Positions 1 to 9,404 of a stretch of DNA of 64,000 nucleotides are shown here, piece after piece (position 1 is the stretch's first letter; each line of letters begins with the position of its first letter). The notes under the pieces are model-generated. The model was not told where the DNA came from. It saw only the letters and a list, made by a program, of their open reading frames with translations, and did not search any database. The stretch comes from Longimicrobiales bacterium (lineage in GTDB: Bacteria > Gemmatimonadota > Gemmatimonadetes > Longimicrobiales > Gaopeijiaceae): positions 2,720,001-2,784,000 of the forward strand of contig CBDFMQ010000002.1 in assembly GCA_965249725.1 (NCBI GenBank), read 5' to 3'. Both the position numbers and the translations under genes were made by a program.

Positions 1-3000
1 GCCCATGCGGCGTCGGCGCGGAGCCCGACCCAGTCCGCGAGGCGCCGTCGCACCTCGAGGAGCCCGAACCCGAGCTCGAGCCCGCTCGCGCCCCGCGCGG
101 CGCCGGACCCGGCCCGCGTGTTCTCGGCCGTGCCCCGGCCGCCGCCCGCCATCGCCCACGCCGACGTGGCCCCGTCCGACCAGCGCAGGTAGGGATGCAC
201 GGCCGTCAGCCCGGTGGCGAGGCGCCCGCTCGCCGAGCCGGCCCGCCAGTCGCCCGCGCCCTCGCTCCTCGAGACCGCCACGCCGGCCAGCCAGCGCGTC
301 CCGAGCGCGCGGTCGAGTCCCACGTAGCCCGTGCGCACGTCGCCCTCGTAGCGCCGCTCCGCCGCCGGCCCGCCCACGAACGTCTGGATGTCGCCCTGGC
401 CCCAGAGCTGCCAGCCGCCGCCTCCGTCCGCCTCCTCCTGCGAGCCGTCCCCGCCGCCGCCCCACGCGAACACGAACTCCGTGCCGCCCATCGGCGCGTC
501 CCCTCCGAGCCCGCCGAGGCCGTTCAGGCCCAGGCTCGCCGCCAGGTCCGGAGGCGCGGCCGGGCCGTCCGGGCCGCGGGCCGCGCCCGCCGCCCAGTCC
601 GCCAGCCGCCGCTCGGCCGTCCGCCTTGCCTCCGCGAGGCCACCGCCCGACAGGACGCGCGACCCCGCCCAGCCCGCCAGCAGCGCCTCCGCCGCCTCCC
701 GCGCCGCCGACTTGCCCAGCGGCACCGAACGCCCCATCACCGTCAGCCGCGACCCGCGGCCCGGACGGCCCGGCCCCACCCGCCGTCCCAGCGTCATCCG
801 CGCGCTCGCCAGGTGCGAACGCGCCATCGCCGCCAGCGTCTCCTCGACCGCCACGCGCACGATGCGGTTGCCCACCCCCACCGCGAACGTCTGCGTGGCC
901 GCGAGCCCGCCCGGATCGCGCGCCGTCACCACGACCGCCACCGACACCGACGCCGAGCCGCCCCGGCCGTCGGAAACCCGTACGCGGATCGTGTAGCCGC
1001 CCGCCCCGGCCGGCGCCGTCCAGCGTGCCGCCGCCCCGTCGGTCGCCCCCGCGAAGCTGCCCCGCGGCGCGCTCCAGGCGTACGCCAGCGTGTCGCCGTC
1101 CGGGTCCGTCGCCGTCGCCGTCAGCCGCACCTCGCCGCCCGGAGCCACCGCGCACGGGTCGCACGACGCCGACACGGCGGGCGGCCGGTTCGTCCCGCCT
1201 CCGCCGCCGCCTCCGCCTCCGCCTCCGTCGTCGTCCGCGATCGTCACCGTCACCGAGGACGGGCTGCCCGCCCGCACCGTCGAGGGCAGCGCGCCCAGCG
1301 CCACCGTGAACGTCTCGTCGTCCGTGTCCGCGTCCTGCGCCGTCGTCACCGTCCCCGTGCCGCTCGTCGCGCCCGAGCTGATCGTGATGCTCGCGAGCGC
1401 ACCGTGGTCGCCCGCCTCCGCCGTGCCCCGCGTCAGCGTCACCGGGATCATCACGTTGCCCGACAGCGCCGCCGACAGCCGCGCCGTCACCGTCACCGGC
1501 GAGCCCTCCGCCACCGGGTTCGGCGCCGCCGATAGCCGCACCGCGGGGGTCGTCCCGCCCTCGTCGTCGGTGATCGTGAGCGTCTTGTCTCCCGGGTTTC
1601 CCACCCCGCCGCCGCTCGCCGTCCCGGACACCGTGACCGTCTTGTCCGGGGCGTCGATCGCGTTGTTCACCGCCGTGATCGTCACCGTCCCGGCGCTCGC
1701 CGTCTGGCCCGCCGCGATGGTCAGCACCTTGTTGTTCGAGAGCGTGAAGTCGCCCGGCAACGCCGGGGAGACCGCGGCCGCCGCGACGGTCACCGTCACC
1801 GCCGCGCTCGACGCGGCCGACAGCGTCGCCGTCACCGTGCTCGCCCCGCCGTTCTCCGAGATCGAGGCCGGGCTCAGCGTCAGGGTCACCGTGGGCGTCC
1901 CGTCGTCGTCGGTGATCGTGAGCGTCTTGTCTCCCGGGTTCCCCACCCCGCCGCCGCTCGCCGTCCCGGACACCGTGACCGTCTTGTCCGGGGCGTCGAT
2001 CGCGTTGTTCACCGCCGTGATCGTCACCGTCCCGGCGCTCGCCGTCTGGCCCGCCGCGATGGTCAGCACCTTGTTGTTCGAGAGCGTGAAGTCGCCCGGC
2101 AACGCCGGGGAGACCGCGGCCGCCGCGACGGTCACCGTCACCGCCGCGCTCGACGCGGCCGACAGCGTCGCCGTCACCGTGCTCGCCCCGCCGTTCTCCG
2201 AGATCGAGGCCGGGCTCAGCGTCAGGGTCACCGTGGGCGTCCCGTCGTCGTCGGTGATCGTGAGCGTCTTGTCTCCCGGGTTCCCCACCCCGCCGCCGCT
2301 CGCCGTCCCGGACACCGTGACCGTCTTGTCCGGGGCGTCGATCGCGTTGTTCACCGCCGTGATCGTCACCGTCCCGGCGCTCGCCGTCTGGCCCGCCGCG
2401 ATGGTCAGCACCTTGTTGTTCGAGAGCGTGAAGTCGCCCGGCAACGCCGGGGAGACCGCGGCCGCCGCGACGGTCACCGTCACCGCCGCGCTCGACGCGG
2501 CCGACAGCGTCGCCGTCACCGTGCTCGCCCCGCCGTTCTCCGAGATCGAGGCCGGGCTCAGCGTCAGGCTCACCGTGGGCGGCGGCGGCGCGCGCGTCAC
2601 CGTCACCGTGTAGGTCTTCGTCGCGATGCCGTCCTCGGCCGTCACCACGGCCTGGATGGCGTTGGCGCCCTCGTCGAGCGCGATGGCCTGGCTCGCCGAG
2701 CCGTTGGCCACCGTCATCAGATTGCCGTTGCCGGTCTTGCCCACCTGGACCGTCGCGTTGTCCTTGGCCGCCGCCGGCGTCAGCTTCACGTGGGTGACGT
2801 TGTTGGCCACCGTCTCCACCGCCGCGTAGGTCGTGGTGGTCGCGGCGAAGCGCCCTAACAGCAGCACCGAGTACGTGCCGTCGGCGCTCGTGCTGCTCCT
2901 CACGGTCAGACTGCTCAGGTTGGCGTTCGAGGACTGGGGGGCCTGGTCACAGGAAGACCCGATGCTCAGCGAGATCATGTCGCCGTCGGACCATGACACG

Positions 3001-3443
3001 GTGGTAGCCCACGCGAAGCGAGATGACCCGATGGCCGCTAAATTAAACGCGGTCGAGCCGACGCAGAAATTCAGGTTTTCGAAGTGACCAAGCGGACTTT
3101 TGTCAAAATTAACCTGGAGGACGCCATTTCCGATATACACCGCTTCGATCCGAAACTCGAGGGCATGTACTGTGAGATCATTGTCCGAGAGCGCTAAGGA
3201 GCAATTGTCCTGCTGGTGGTCATCGTCGTCGCAGCCTGCGAATAATGTCCCACTTTGGGCAGTGACCGTATCCACGGTCAAAGTGGCGGACCAGATGGCG
3301 GTGGTCTGCGCCGCGGCCGGAGCGGGGTTGAGTAGGGAGAGCGCCCCGAGGACGAGGACCGTCAGCGCACCCGCAAGCGTCGGCGGGCGGGACGGCCGAC
3401 GGCGGTGGCGCCCGGGACGCGCGTCAGGCCGGGAGGCGGCCAT
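1..3443 (-). CDS. Autotransporter adhesin (signal peptide, cadherin-like beta-sandwich, Calx-beta-like repeats, PKD/Ig-like domain, C-terminal beta-barrel); 3' end outside window
   Basis: Manual translation from ATG 3443: MAASRPD...LAGALTVLVLGALSLLNPAPAAAQ, then NANLSSL..VTAEDG..KTYTVTVTR, TLTITDDD repeats, TDPDGDTLAYAW, WQLWGQGDIQTF..GYVGLD..HPYLRW. Probably missing from the ORF track because no stop lies in the window; the + strand ORFs here are its antisense shadows. Confidence 0.85.
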   Translation of the reverse strand, partial: MAASRPDARPGRHRRRPSRPPTLAGALTVLVLGALSLLNPAPAAAQTTAIWSATLTVDTVTAQSGTLFAGCDDDDHQQDNCSLALSDNDLTVHALEFRIEAVYIGNGVLQVNFDKSPLGHFENLNFCVGSTAFNLAAIGSSRFAWATTVSWSDGDMISLSIGSSCDQAPQSSNANLSSLTVRSSTSADGTYSVLLLGRFAATTTTYAAVETVANNVTHVKLTPAAAKDNATVQVGKTGNGNLMTVANGSASQAIALDEGANAIQAVVTAEDGIATKTYTVTVTRAPPPPTVSLTLSPASISENGGASTVTATLSAASSAAVTVTVAAAAVSPALPGDFTLSNNKVLTIAAGQTASAGTVTITAVNNAIDAPDKTVTVSGTASGGGVGNPGDKTLTITDDDGTPTVTLTLSPASISENGGASTVTATLSAASSAAVTVTVAAAAVSPALPGDFTLSNNKVLTIAAGQTASAGTVTITAVNNAIDAPDKTVTVSGTASGGGVGNPGDKTLTITDDDGTPTVTLTLSPASISENGGASTVTATLSAASSAAVTVTVAAAAVSPALPGDFTLSNNKVLTIAAGQTASAGTVTITAVNNAIDAPDKTVTVSGTASGGGVGNPGDKTLTITDDEGGTTPAVRLSAAPNPVAEGSPVTVTARLSAALSGNVMIPVTLTRGTAEAGDHGALASITISSGATSGTGTVTTAQDADTDDETFTVALGALPSTVRAGSPSSVTVTIADDDGGGGGGGGGGGTNRPPAVSASCDPCAVAPGGEVRLTATATDPDGDTLAYAWSAPRGSFAGATDGAAARWTAPAGAGGYTIRVRVSDGRGGSASVSVAVVVTARDPGGLAATQTFAVGVGNRIVRVAVEETLAAMARSHLASARMTLGRRVGPGRPGRGSRLTVMGRSVPLGKSAAREAAEALLAGWAGSRVLSGGGLAEARRTAERRLADWAAGAARGPDGPAAPPDLAASLGLNGLGGLGGDAPMGGTEFVFAWGGGGDGSQEEADGGGGWQLWGQGDIQTFVGGPAAERRYEGDVRTGYVGLDRALGTRWLAGVAVSRSEGAGDWRAGSASGRLATGLTAVHPYLRWSDGATSAWAMAGGGRGTAENTRAGSGAARGASGLELGFGLLEVRRRLADWVGLRADAAW
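1561..2580. repeat. Three near-identical 342-bp tandem repeats (114-aa Calx-beta-like units)
   Basis: TCGTCGTCGGTGATCGTGAGCGTCTTG recurs at 1561, 1903 and 2245; only isolated base differences seen. Confidence 0.95.
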
Positions 3444-3490
3444 CGAAGGGGCCGGTCGATGCGGCCCGCCCCGCCGCCGGGCGCACCCTC

Positions 3491-3513
3491 TCGGCTCGGC
3501 TCGGCTCGGCTCG
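3491..3513. repeat. Pentanucleotide SSR (TCGGC)4+
   Basis: tcggctcggctcggctcggctcg, about 50 bp upstream of the adhesin ATG. Confidence 0.9.
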
Positions 3514-3909
3514 AACTAACGATGTGGTGCCGTCATGTTGGCATCGTGTCAAGTACCTTCGCGGCATGGGGGGTGTTGCGATGCGGGAACCGTTCGGCCG
3601 GGATTTCCGTTCCACGCTCCGGATGTTCTCATCCAATACCCTGACAACCAACCTACCCGCGACCCGATCCCGGTCAAGGATCGGCCCGGCGGCGGACGTC
3701 GTCGGGCGAAAGCACTCGGCTCGAGGCCCAGCTCCTTCTCCAACTCGCTTTCGAGTTTGAGACGGCCTCGTTCTCTTCCTGCCGGGCATTCATTGCATAC
3801 GCGACTCGCGAGATCCCGGCTCTTGATGGCGAGCCTTCCGGTCCAGTCATCGGCGGGCGCCTCTCGTGCGGCAATGGAGGGGAACGAACCCGAGGTTGCC
3901 TGAGACCCG

Positions 3910-4122
3910 TCAAGCCGGCATCAGGCGCTCGCCCTTGGGCTCCGGCACGGCTCGTCCCAATTCCTGTGCCCTGTCGATCCAGAACTGTATTGCTTCCTTG
4001 ACGTTCCCCAGCGCGGTCTCCTGATCGGCTCCGTGCGCCATGCACCCGGGCAACTCGGGCGCCTCGGCGACGAAGGCCTGATCTTCGTTGCTCCAGTAGA
4101 GAATGATCTCGTATTTGTGCAT
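3910..4122 (-). CDS. hicB: HicB-family antitoxin
   Basis: YEIILYWSNEDQAFVAEAPELPGCMAHG..ETAL.N.KEAI motif; overlaps hicA stop. Confidence 0.9.
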   Translation of the reverse strand: MHKYEIILYWSNEDQAFVAEAPELPGCMAHGADQETALGNVKEAIQFWIDRAQELGRAVPEPKGERLMPA

Positions 4123-4376
4123 CAGTGGTCGCCTCCCAGTTTGTATTTGAGGATCAACCGCCGAACCTGCCTCACCTGATAGGGCTTGGCGTGCCCGCCG
4201 CGGCTTTGCAGGTTGACGATGTCAACGACGCCTTCCTTGTCGAAGAGGTGGTGGCTGCCCCGGACTCGCTCCTCGAATCCAAGATACCGCATCGGGGCGC
4301 GCAGTTCGTCGAAGCGGATGTTCGCGTCCGACCGTCCGCGGAGTATCGTCTCCACCAGCCGCTCGTGCCGACCCAT
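4122..4376 (-). CDS. hicA: HicA-family mRNA interferase toxin
   Basis: LGFEERVRGSHHLF...KPYQVRQV HicA signature. Confidence 0.9.
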   Translation of the reverse strand: MGRHERLVETILRGRSDANIRFDELRAPMRYLGFEERVRGSHHLFDKEGVVDIVNLQSRGGHAKPYQVRQVRRLILKYKLGGDH

Positions 4377-4379
4377 GGG

Positions 4380-4540
4380 CTATCGGCGGATCCGCACTAG
4401 CCGACCGGAGCGGGCCAGGCGCAAGAGTGCCTGATTCACAGCCCACGGCACCCGAGGCGAAGCAGAGCGACCGGGGAGATCGGCGTGACGTCCGGGGAGC
4501 CCTCCGCATACTCCGTGATCCGCTCGGTTAGGCTGTTCAT
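4380..4540 (-). pseudogene. Frameshifted, truncated AbiEi/DUF6088-like antitoxin N-terminus
   Basis: MNSLTERITEYAEGSPDVTPISPVALLRLGCRG, then in a shifted frame AVNQALLRLARSGRLVRIRR*; resembles the wHTH N-terminus of DUF6088/AbiEi proteins. Confidence 0.6.
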
Positions 4541-4794
4541 GCCTTCGCTCTCCGCGTCGGGAATCGTTCGACCAACATAACGCCGTCCTCCGAGGAGCAC
4601 CCGGCTTCGGGCCGGTGGAGAGTGCTCGCCGCGCGCATCCGTGGACGGCGTTCGAAGGAACCCGCCGAATCGCTCTTTAGTCGCGCGTTCGGAACCTGCC
4701 GCTCCGGGCAGACGATTCCAAGACTGTCCTCCACGCGCCGCCCCAACCGGTCGAGTTCCCTTTCCCCCGGCGGGGCGTCCCCGTCGCCGAGGAG

Positions 4795-5529
4795 GGCGAG
4801 GACCGGATACCCCGGCTCCGCGCGCGGGTGCGGCACACGACGGTGATCGTGCTACCGGCCGACGAGCGGATCCTCGACTTCGTGGCCGGCGACTCGGAGT
4901 ACTGGCACCTGACGGGCGCGGCCAACGTCGCGTACCTGAAGCCCCTGGCCGAGGACGCGGCGACGAACATCGCGCTCGTCTGCGAGTCGGGCCGCATCTA
5001 CTCGTTCCTGGTCGCCGAGCACGGCGAGGAGCCGCCACACCTGGTCGTCCGGGTCGATCCGGGCGCCGAGGCGGCGGGCGCATCCGGCGCTCCCGGGTTC
5101 GTCGCCCGGAGCGAGGTCGCGGCCTACCGTGAGATGGCGGCCCAAGCCGCCGATGCCGCGCGCTCGGCGCGCGAGGAGGCCGAGGCGGGCATCGTCGAAG
5201 CGCGTGAGCAGGCGCAAGCGGAGATCGAGGCGTTCCGGGCCTCCTATCCCGGCCGGCTCGCGTTCGAGTACCGGCTGGACGGGAAGGCGAAGGATCGTCC
5301 GTTCCTCATCGAGGCGATGTGGCACGACGGGCGGTTCACCTACATCCGCTCGCGCGCCCAGGAGTCGCCGGCGCTCTACGAACTGGAGGACGGCGAGCCG
5401 AGCCTGGTCGCGTTCGACCTCGCCGAGGACGGCCTCTACATCGCACGCCGCGTGCTGGGCGACGGGTGGCTCCGGATCGGCGACAAGCGGGCGCGCTGGC
5501 GGTTCACGCCCGGGGAAGCGCTCCGATGA
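4795..5529 (+). pseudogene. virB9: VirB9/TrbG-family T4SS protein, apparently 5'-truncated (no signal peptide)
   Basis: RHTTVIVLP.DERILDFVAGD..W, TNIALV..SGRIYSF, MWHDGRFTYI..ESPALY; frame open upstream only to a stop at 4678 with no hydrophobic leader. Confidence 0.65.
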
Positions 5530-6785
5530 GCCGCTGGAAGCAGTTGGTGAAGCAGCCGAAGGGCGCGCTGCCGGGCGGCATCGTGACGAAGGCCGGGATC
5601 GTGCTGATCGCCGTGCTCGTCGGCGGCATGCTCTTCTCGTCGTCGCTCACGGGTCCCGAGGACGATGCGGCCCTTCCCGGAACCCAAGCGGAGCCGCGGG
5701 CGGTGGACGGCCGCGCGGGCCGCGCGTTCGAGGGCCGCCTCCGCGCGGAAGCGGAGCGTCACACCCAGCAGGCGGCGGTCGAGGCCCGAGCCGACCTTGC
5801 GGACCGGCAAGCCGCCGCCGCCGAGGAGGCCCTGGCCGAGGCGGAAGGCGCGGCGGTGAACCGGGCGGCCGGAATCGGCGGCGCCGAGTTCGAGCTTCGC
5901 GAGACGGTCCGGCTCGAGGAGATCGAACGCCGGACGCGCTCGCTCCGCTCGCTTCCCGTCGCGCAGTCGCACCGGGATCCCGGACAGGCCCGGAACGGCG
6001 CCGGACCGGCGAGCGGCGATACGGTTGACCGGGAACCGGAGTTCCTCGATCGCGCTCTCGAAGAGACGCTCGCGTCCTTCGAGCGGTCGCTGGCGGCACT
6101 CGAGGGCGAGATCGAGACCGGGCTGGCGAGCGGGGAGTTCCCGGCCGCCTCCCCGGGGGCTTCACCGCCAAGCTCTCGCCGCGCGCCCGGCACGGCCGAG
6201 CCGGGCCGGAGCGTCCGTGCGGAAGACCCGCCGGGCTGGGAACGGATCCGCGAGGGCTCGTTCCTCGAGGCCGTGCTGCTGACGCAGCTCTCGGGCGAGT
6301 TCCCCGGCCCCGTGCTCGCCATGGTGTCGGTACCGATGTATTCGGCCGACCGCCAGCGGGTGCTGATCCCGCGCGGCGCGCGCGTCGGCGGCGCGGCCCG
6401 GGCCGTCCAGGACCGGGACCAGAGCCGGCTCGCGGTCGCGTTCCACCGGCTGCTGCTGCCCGGCGGCAGCTGGATCGACCTCGAGTTCGCGGGGCTGAAC
6501 CAGGCGGGCGAGGGCGCGCTCAAGGACCAGGTGAGCCGCCACTACTTCTCGACGTTCGCGGCCGCCGGCGCCGTAGGCGCGCTGAGCGGACTCACGCTGG
6601 CCGGAGCCTCGCCCTACGGACTACGGGCCGGCGTCGGACAGGGGCTCGGCAACAGCGCCACCTCGATCCTCGACCGGTTCCTCAACCGGATGCCCGCCAT
6701 CACGATCCGCGCCGGCCACCGCCTGCGCATCTGGCTCACCTCCGATGTCCTGGTCCCGAGGCCCGGGACCACGCCGATCAACTGA
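5526..6785 (+). CDS. virB10: VirB10/TrbI T4SS protein
   Basis: N-terminal TM; EGSFLEAVLLTQLSGEFPGPV..LIPRGAR..RL.VAFHRL..P.ITIRAGHR; ATGA overlap with virB9. Confidence 0.85.
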   Translation: MSRWKQLVKQPKGALPGGIVTKAGIVLIAVLVGGMLFSSSLTGPEDDAALPGTQAEPRAVDGRAGRAFEGRLRAEAERHTQQAAVEARADLADRQAAAAEEALAEAEGAAVNRAAGIGGAEFELRETVRLEEIERRTRSLRSLPVAQSHRDPGQARNGAGPASGDTVDREPEFLDRALEETLASFERSLAALEGEIETGLASGEFPAASPGASPPSSRRAPGTAEPGRSVRAEDPPGWERIREGSFLEAVLLTQLSGEFPGPVLAMVSVPMYSADRQRVLIPRGARVGGAARAVQDRDQSRLAVAFHRLLLPGGSWIDLEFAGLNQAGEGALKDQVSRHYFSTFAAAGAVGALSGLTLAGASPYGLRAGVGQGLGNSATSILDRFLNRMPAITIRAGHRLRIWLTSDVLVPRPGTTPIN

Positions 6786-6804
6786 CCCCAAGGAGAACAC
6801 CATC

Positions 6805-7707
6805 ATGCGCTACCGCACACTCGCCCCCGCCCTCTTCATTCCGCTTCTACTGCTCGCCAGCCCCGCGCCTGCGAGCGCCCAATTCGGCCTCGGCGGCGTG
6901 ATCCAGCGCGCCCAGATGATCGCCAACCAGGTGACCCAGATCGCGAACCAGGTCCGCCAGGTGCGGGCGATGACCCGCCAACTCACGGAGCTCGAGAACC
7001 AGCTCGACCACATGAGGCGCGCCGCGCGCGGCGAGGTCGACGCGCTGCTCGCGCCGTTCACCCAACTCGCGGCCGGACCCGTCGGGCTCGTGAGCAACGG
7101 ACTCGCGTGGGGGTCCGACTTCCACGGCGCGGCCCGCGAGACGGTAGATGCCGTCCGGGATCTGGGCGGCGGCCGCTCGCTCACCGGACTGTGGCGCAGC
7201 GCGCAAAGCACGGCCGACCGTGTGAGCGAGGCCGACATCCTCGCGCTGTTCCGCGACCATCCGCCCGAGGCCGCGACGCGGGCGCTCGAGGACTACCGCC
7301 GCGCCCGCGTGGCCGCCGACCGGCAGCGCGTGCTCGACTACGCGACGCTCGACGCTGCGGCCGCGCTCGCCGAGACGATCGAGAGCGCGCAAGGCTCGTT
7401 CGCCGGCCTGACCGCGAACCGCAACCTGTCGAACACGGCGCTCAAGCAGGCCGGTGTGGCGGCCCCTCTGAGCCAGGGCCGGATCAACGCGGCCCTCGGC
7501 CAGGTGATGGCCCACCAGGCGGTCGAGCAGGCGAGCCGCCTGCGGCAGGCCGAACTCGCGCGCCTCGAGCACCTTGTCGAGTGGCGCGAGAGCCGGATGC
7601 GCGCGAACGCTTTTGCCGGGACCCTGCGCACCGCCGCGTCCCGCAACCGGGACGCGCTCCGTGACGGGCTGCTGTTCCGGATCCCGTCGTTCTACACGGG
7701 CAATTAG
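6805..7707 (+). CDS. VirB5/TrbJ-like secreted T4SS protein
   Basis: RBS AAGGAG, signal peptide (ASA-QF), coiled-coil QIANQV repeats, position before virB6. Confidence 0.55.
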   Translation: MRYRTLAPALFIPLLLLASPAPASAQFGLGGVIQRAQMIANQVTQIANQVRQVRAMTRQLTELENQLDHMRRAARGEVDALLAPFTQLAAGPVGLVSNGLAWGSDFHGAARETVDAVRDLGGGRSLTGLWRSAQSTADRVSEADILALFRDHPPEAATRALEDYRRARVAADRQRVLDYATLDAAAALAETIESAQGSFAGLTANRNLSNTALKQAGVAAPLSQGRINAALGQVMAHQAVEQASRLRQAELARLEHLVEWRESRMRANAFAGTLRTAASRNRDALRDGLLFRIPSFYTGN

Positions 7708-7725
7708 GCGAGGTGAGCGTTCGCA

Positions 7726-8715
7726 ATGCAACTCCCTCCGCAGTCCATCGATCCGAACGTTCCGGCGCAGATCCCCAACGACCAGCTCCAGGACTTCAAG
7801 AGCTTCCTGGACGTGGTGCTCGATACCGTGGTCGGCGCCGCCGCGCCCGACGTGCACACGCTCGGGCTCCAGCTTTGGGGCGGGCTCGCCGCCGTGATGG
7901 TCGCCTGGACGGGCCTCAAGATCGCGTTCAGCGGCACCTTCGAGCCGTGGGCCATCGTCAAGCTCGTCATCGGGATCGCGATCCCACGCACGCTGCTCCA
8001 CTACTACATCGTCCCGATCCCCGGGGTGGGGCTCACGTTCCCGGCCATGGTGGCGGGAGGGGGGATCTGGCTCCAGAACCTGTTCATCTCCGACGTGGTG
8101 TCGGCCGGCTACACCGAGATGACGGCGCTCGTCCAGGCGTATGCCGCGCACCTGGGCGGCGCGTGGTCGGGCGGGAACCTGCTGTCGGTCATGACCGCGG
8201 GCGTGAGCGTGCTCTTCTCCTCGTTCGTGACGCTGGTGATGGGCGCCTCGCTCGTGTTCTGCCTGCTGGCGCTCTTCTGCATCACCTATGCGCAGGTCAT
8301 CTGGGCGCAGGTCGCCATCGCGATCGTGATTCTCCTGGGTCCCGTGTTCATCGCGTTCCTCTTGTTCGAGCCGCTCGCGTTCCTGTTCTGGGGATGGTTC
8401 CGGTCCCTCATGGTCTACACGCTCTACGGCGTCGTGGCCGGCGCCGTGCTCCGCGTCTTCATGGGCGTCGGCATGGGCTACATCACGACCTACGCCGATG
8501 CGCTCATGGGCACCGGCACGGCCGATGCGGCCGAGCTCTGGCTCTGGGCCGTCGTGCTTCTCCCGCTCGTCGTGTGCGGCCTCATGGCCGGACTCAAGGT
8601 CGGCGAACTCGCCTCGATGCTCGTCTCCGGCTCCGGCTCCGCCGGGTCCGGGTTCGTCGCGCTCGCCATGCAGGGAGCCAGCCGCGCGGCGGCCCCCGCC
8701 AAGCCACCCGTCTGA
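7726..8715 (+). CDS. virB6: VirB6/TrbL polytopic membrane protein
   Basis: Multiple TMs, LLGPVFIAFLLF...F.GWF motif. Confidence 0.8.
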   Translation: MQLPPQSIDPNVPAQIPNDQLQDFKSFLDVVLDTVVGAAAPDVHTLGLQLWGGLAAVMVAWTGLKIAFSGTFEPWAIVKLVIGIAIPRTLLHYYIVPIPGVGLTFPAMVAGGGIWLQNLFISDVVSAGYTEMTALVQAYAAHLGGAWSGGNLLSVMTAGVSVLFSSFVTLVMGASLVFCLLALFCITYAQVIWAQVAIAIVILLGPVFIAFLLFEPLAFLFWGWFRSLMVYTLYGVVAGAVLRVFMGVGMGYITTYADALMGTGTADAAELWLWAVVLLPLVVCGLMAGLKVGELASMLVSGSGSAGSGFVALAMQGASRAAAPAKPPV

Positions 8716-8735
8716 AGCCCAAGGAGATGCCGCCA

Positions 8736-9404
8736 ATGAAACGAGACCGCCATGCGGGCCGCGAGTACGCCGAGATCTGGGCCGAGGCGGTCCACGCGAA
8801 CCGGAGGCTGCGGACGATCCTGATCTTCCTCTCGGCAAGCTGCGTCCTGCTCGCCGTGATCCTGCTGCGGATCGCGGGCGCCGAGCCGCCCAGGCCCATC
8901 GTGGTCCGCGTAGACGAGGTCGGCCGCGCCGAGGCGCTCGCGTACGAGGCCGCAACCGCCCAGGCCGATCCGCTCGATCCGACGACCAAGTACTTCCTCA
9001 ACAGGTTCGTCCACGACTTCCACTCGCGCCGCCGAGCCACCGTCGAGGAGCAGTGGACCCGGAGCCTTCGGTTCCTGTCGACCGAACTCGCGAACGCCGC
9101 GTTCCAGCGGGACGGCGCGGAGGTCGCAAGCGTGGCGGCCGGGACCGCCGACACCGAGCTCCAGGTCGAGCAGGTCGTGCTCCGCATCCATCCGTCTCCC
9201 GAGCCGCCCCACGGCGCGACGGCAGACTTCGACCTCGTGCACCTCCGGGACGGACAGGAGATCCGGCGCGAGCGCTGGTCGCTCACGCTCCGGTTCGAGT
9301 TCCTCAGGTCCATCCCGCGCGAGCTGGTCGTCCACAACCCGATGGGCATCCTCGTCACCTACCTACAGGCCGACCAAGCGCTCGTGACGGAGGACTCGAG
9401 GTGA
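8736..9404 (+). CDS. virB8: VirB8/TrbF T4SS protein
   Basis: RBS AAGGAG; single TM, PIVVRVDEVG, YFL.RFV, C-terminal NPMGILVT. Confidence 0.85.
   Translation: MKRDRHAGREYAEIWAEAVHANRRLRTILIFLSASCVLLAVILLRIAGAEPPRPIVVRVDEVGRAEALAYEAATAQADPLDPTTKYFLNRFVHDFHSRRRATVEEQWTRSLRFLSTELANAAFQRDGAEVASVAAGTADTELQVEQVVLRIHPSPEPPHGATADFDLVHLRDGQEIRRERWSLTLRFEFLRSIPRELVVHNPMGILVTYLQADQALVTEDSR

Noticed and set aside
1561..3300. Diversity-generating retroelement acting on the adhesin
   Set aside because: No reverse transcriptase in the window; repeats are in-frame domain duplications without an adenine-specific mismatch pattern
5..3519. Long + strand ORFs (434, 446, 507 aa etc.)
   Set aside because: Antisense shadows of the minus-strand autotransporter; Arg/Pro- or Val/Thr-biased
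3560..3900. Short ORFs between the adhesin and hicB
   Set aside because: No recognisable motif or RBS; may be gene debris but unsupported
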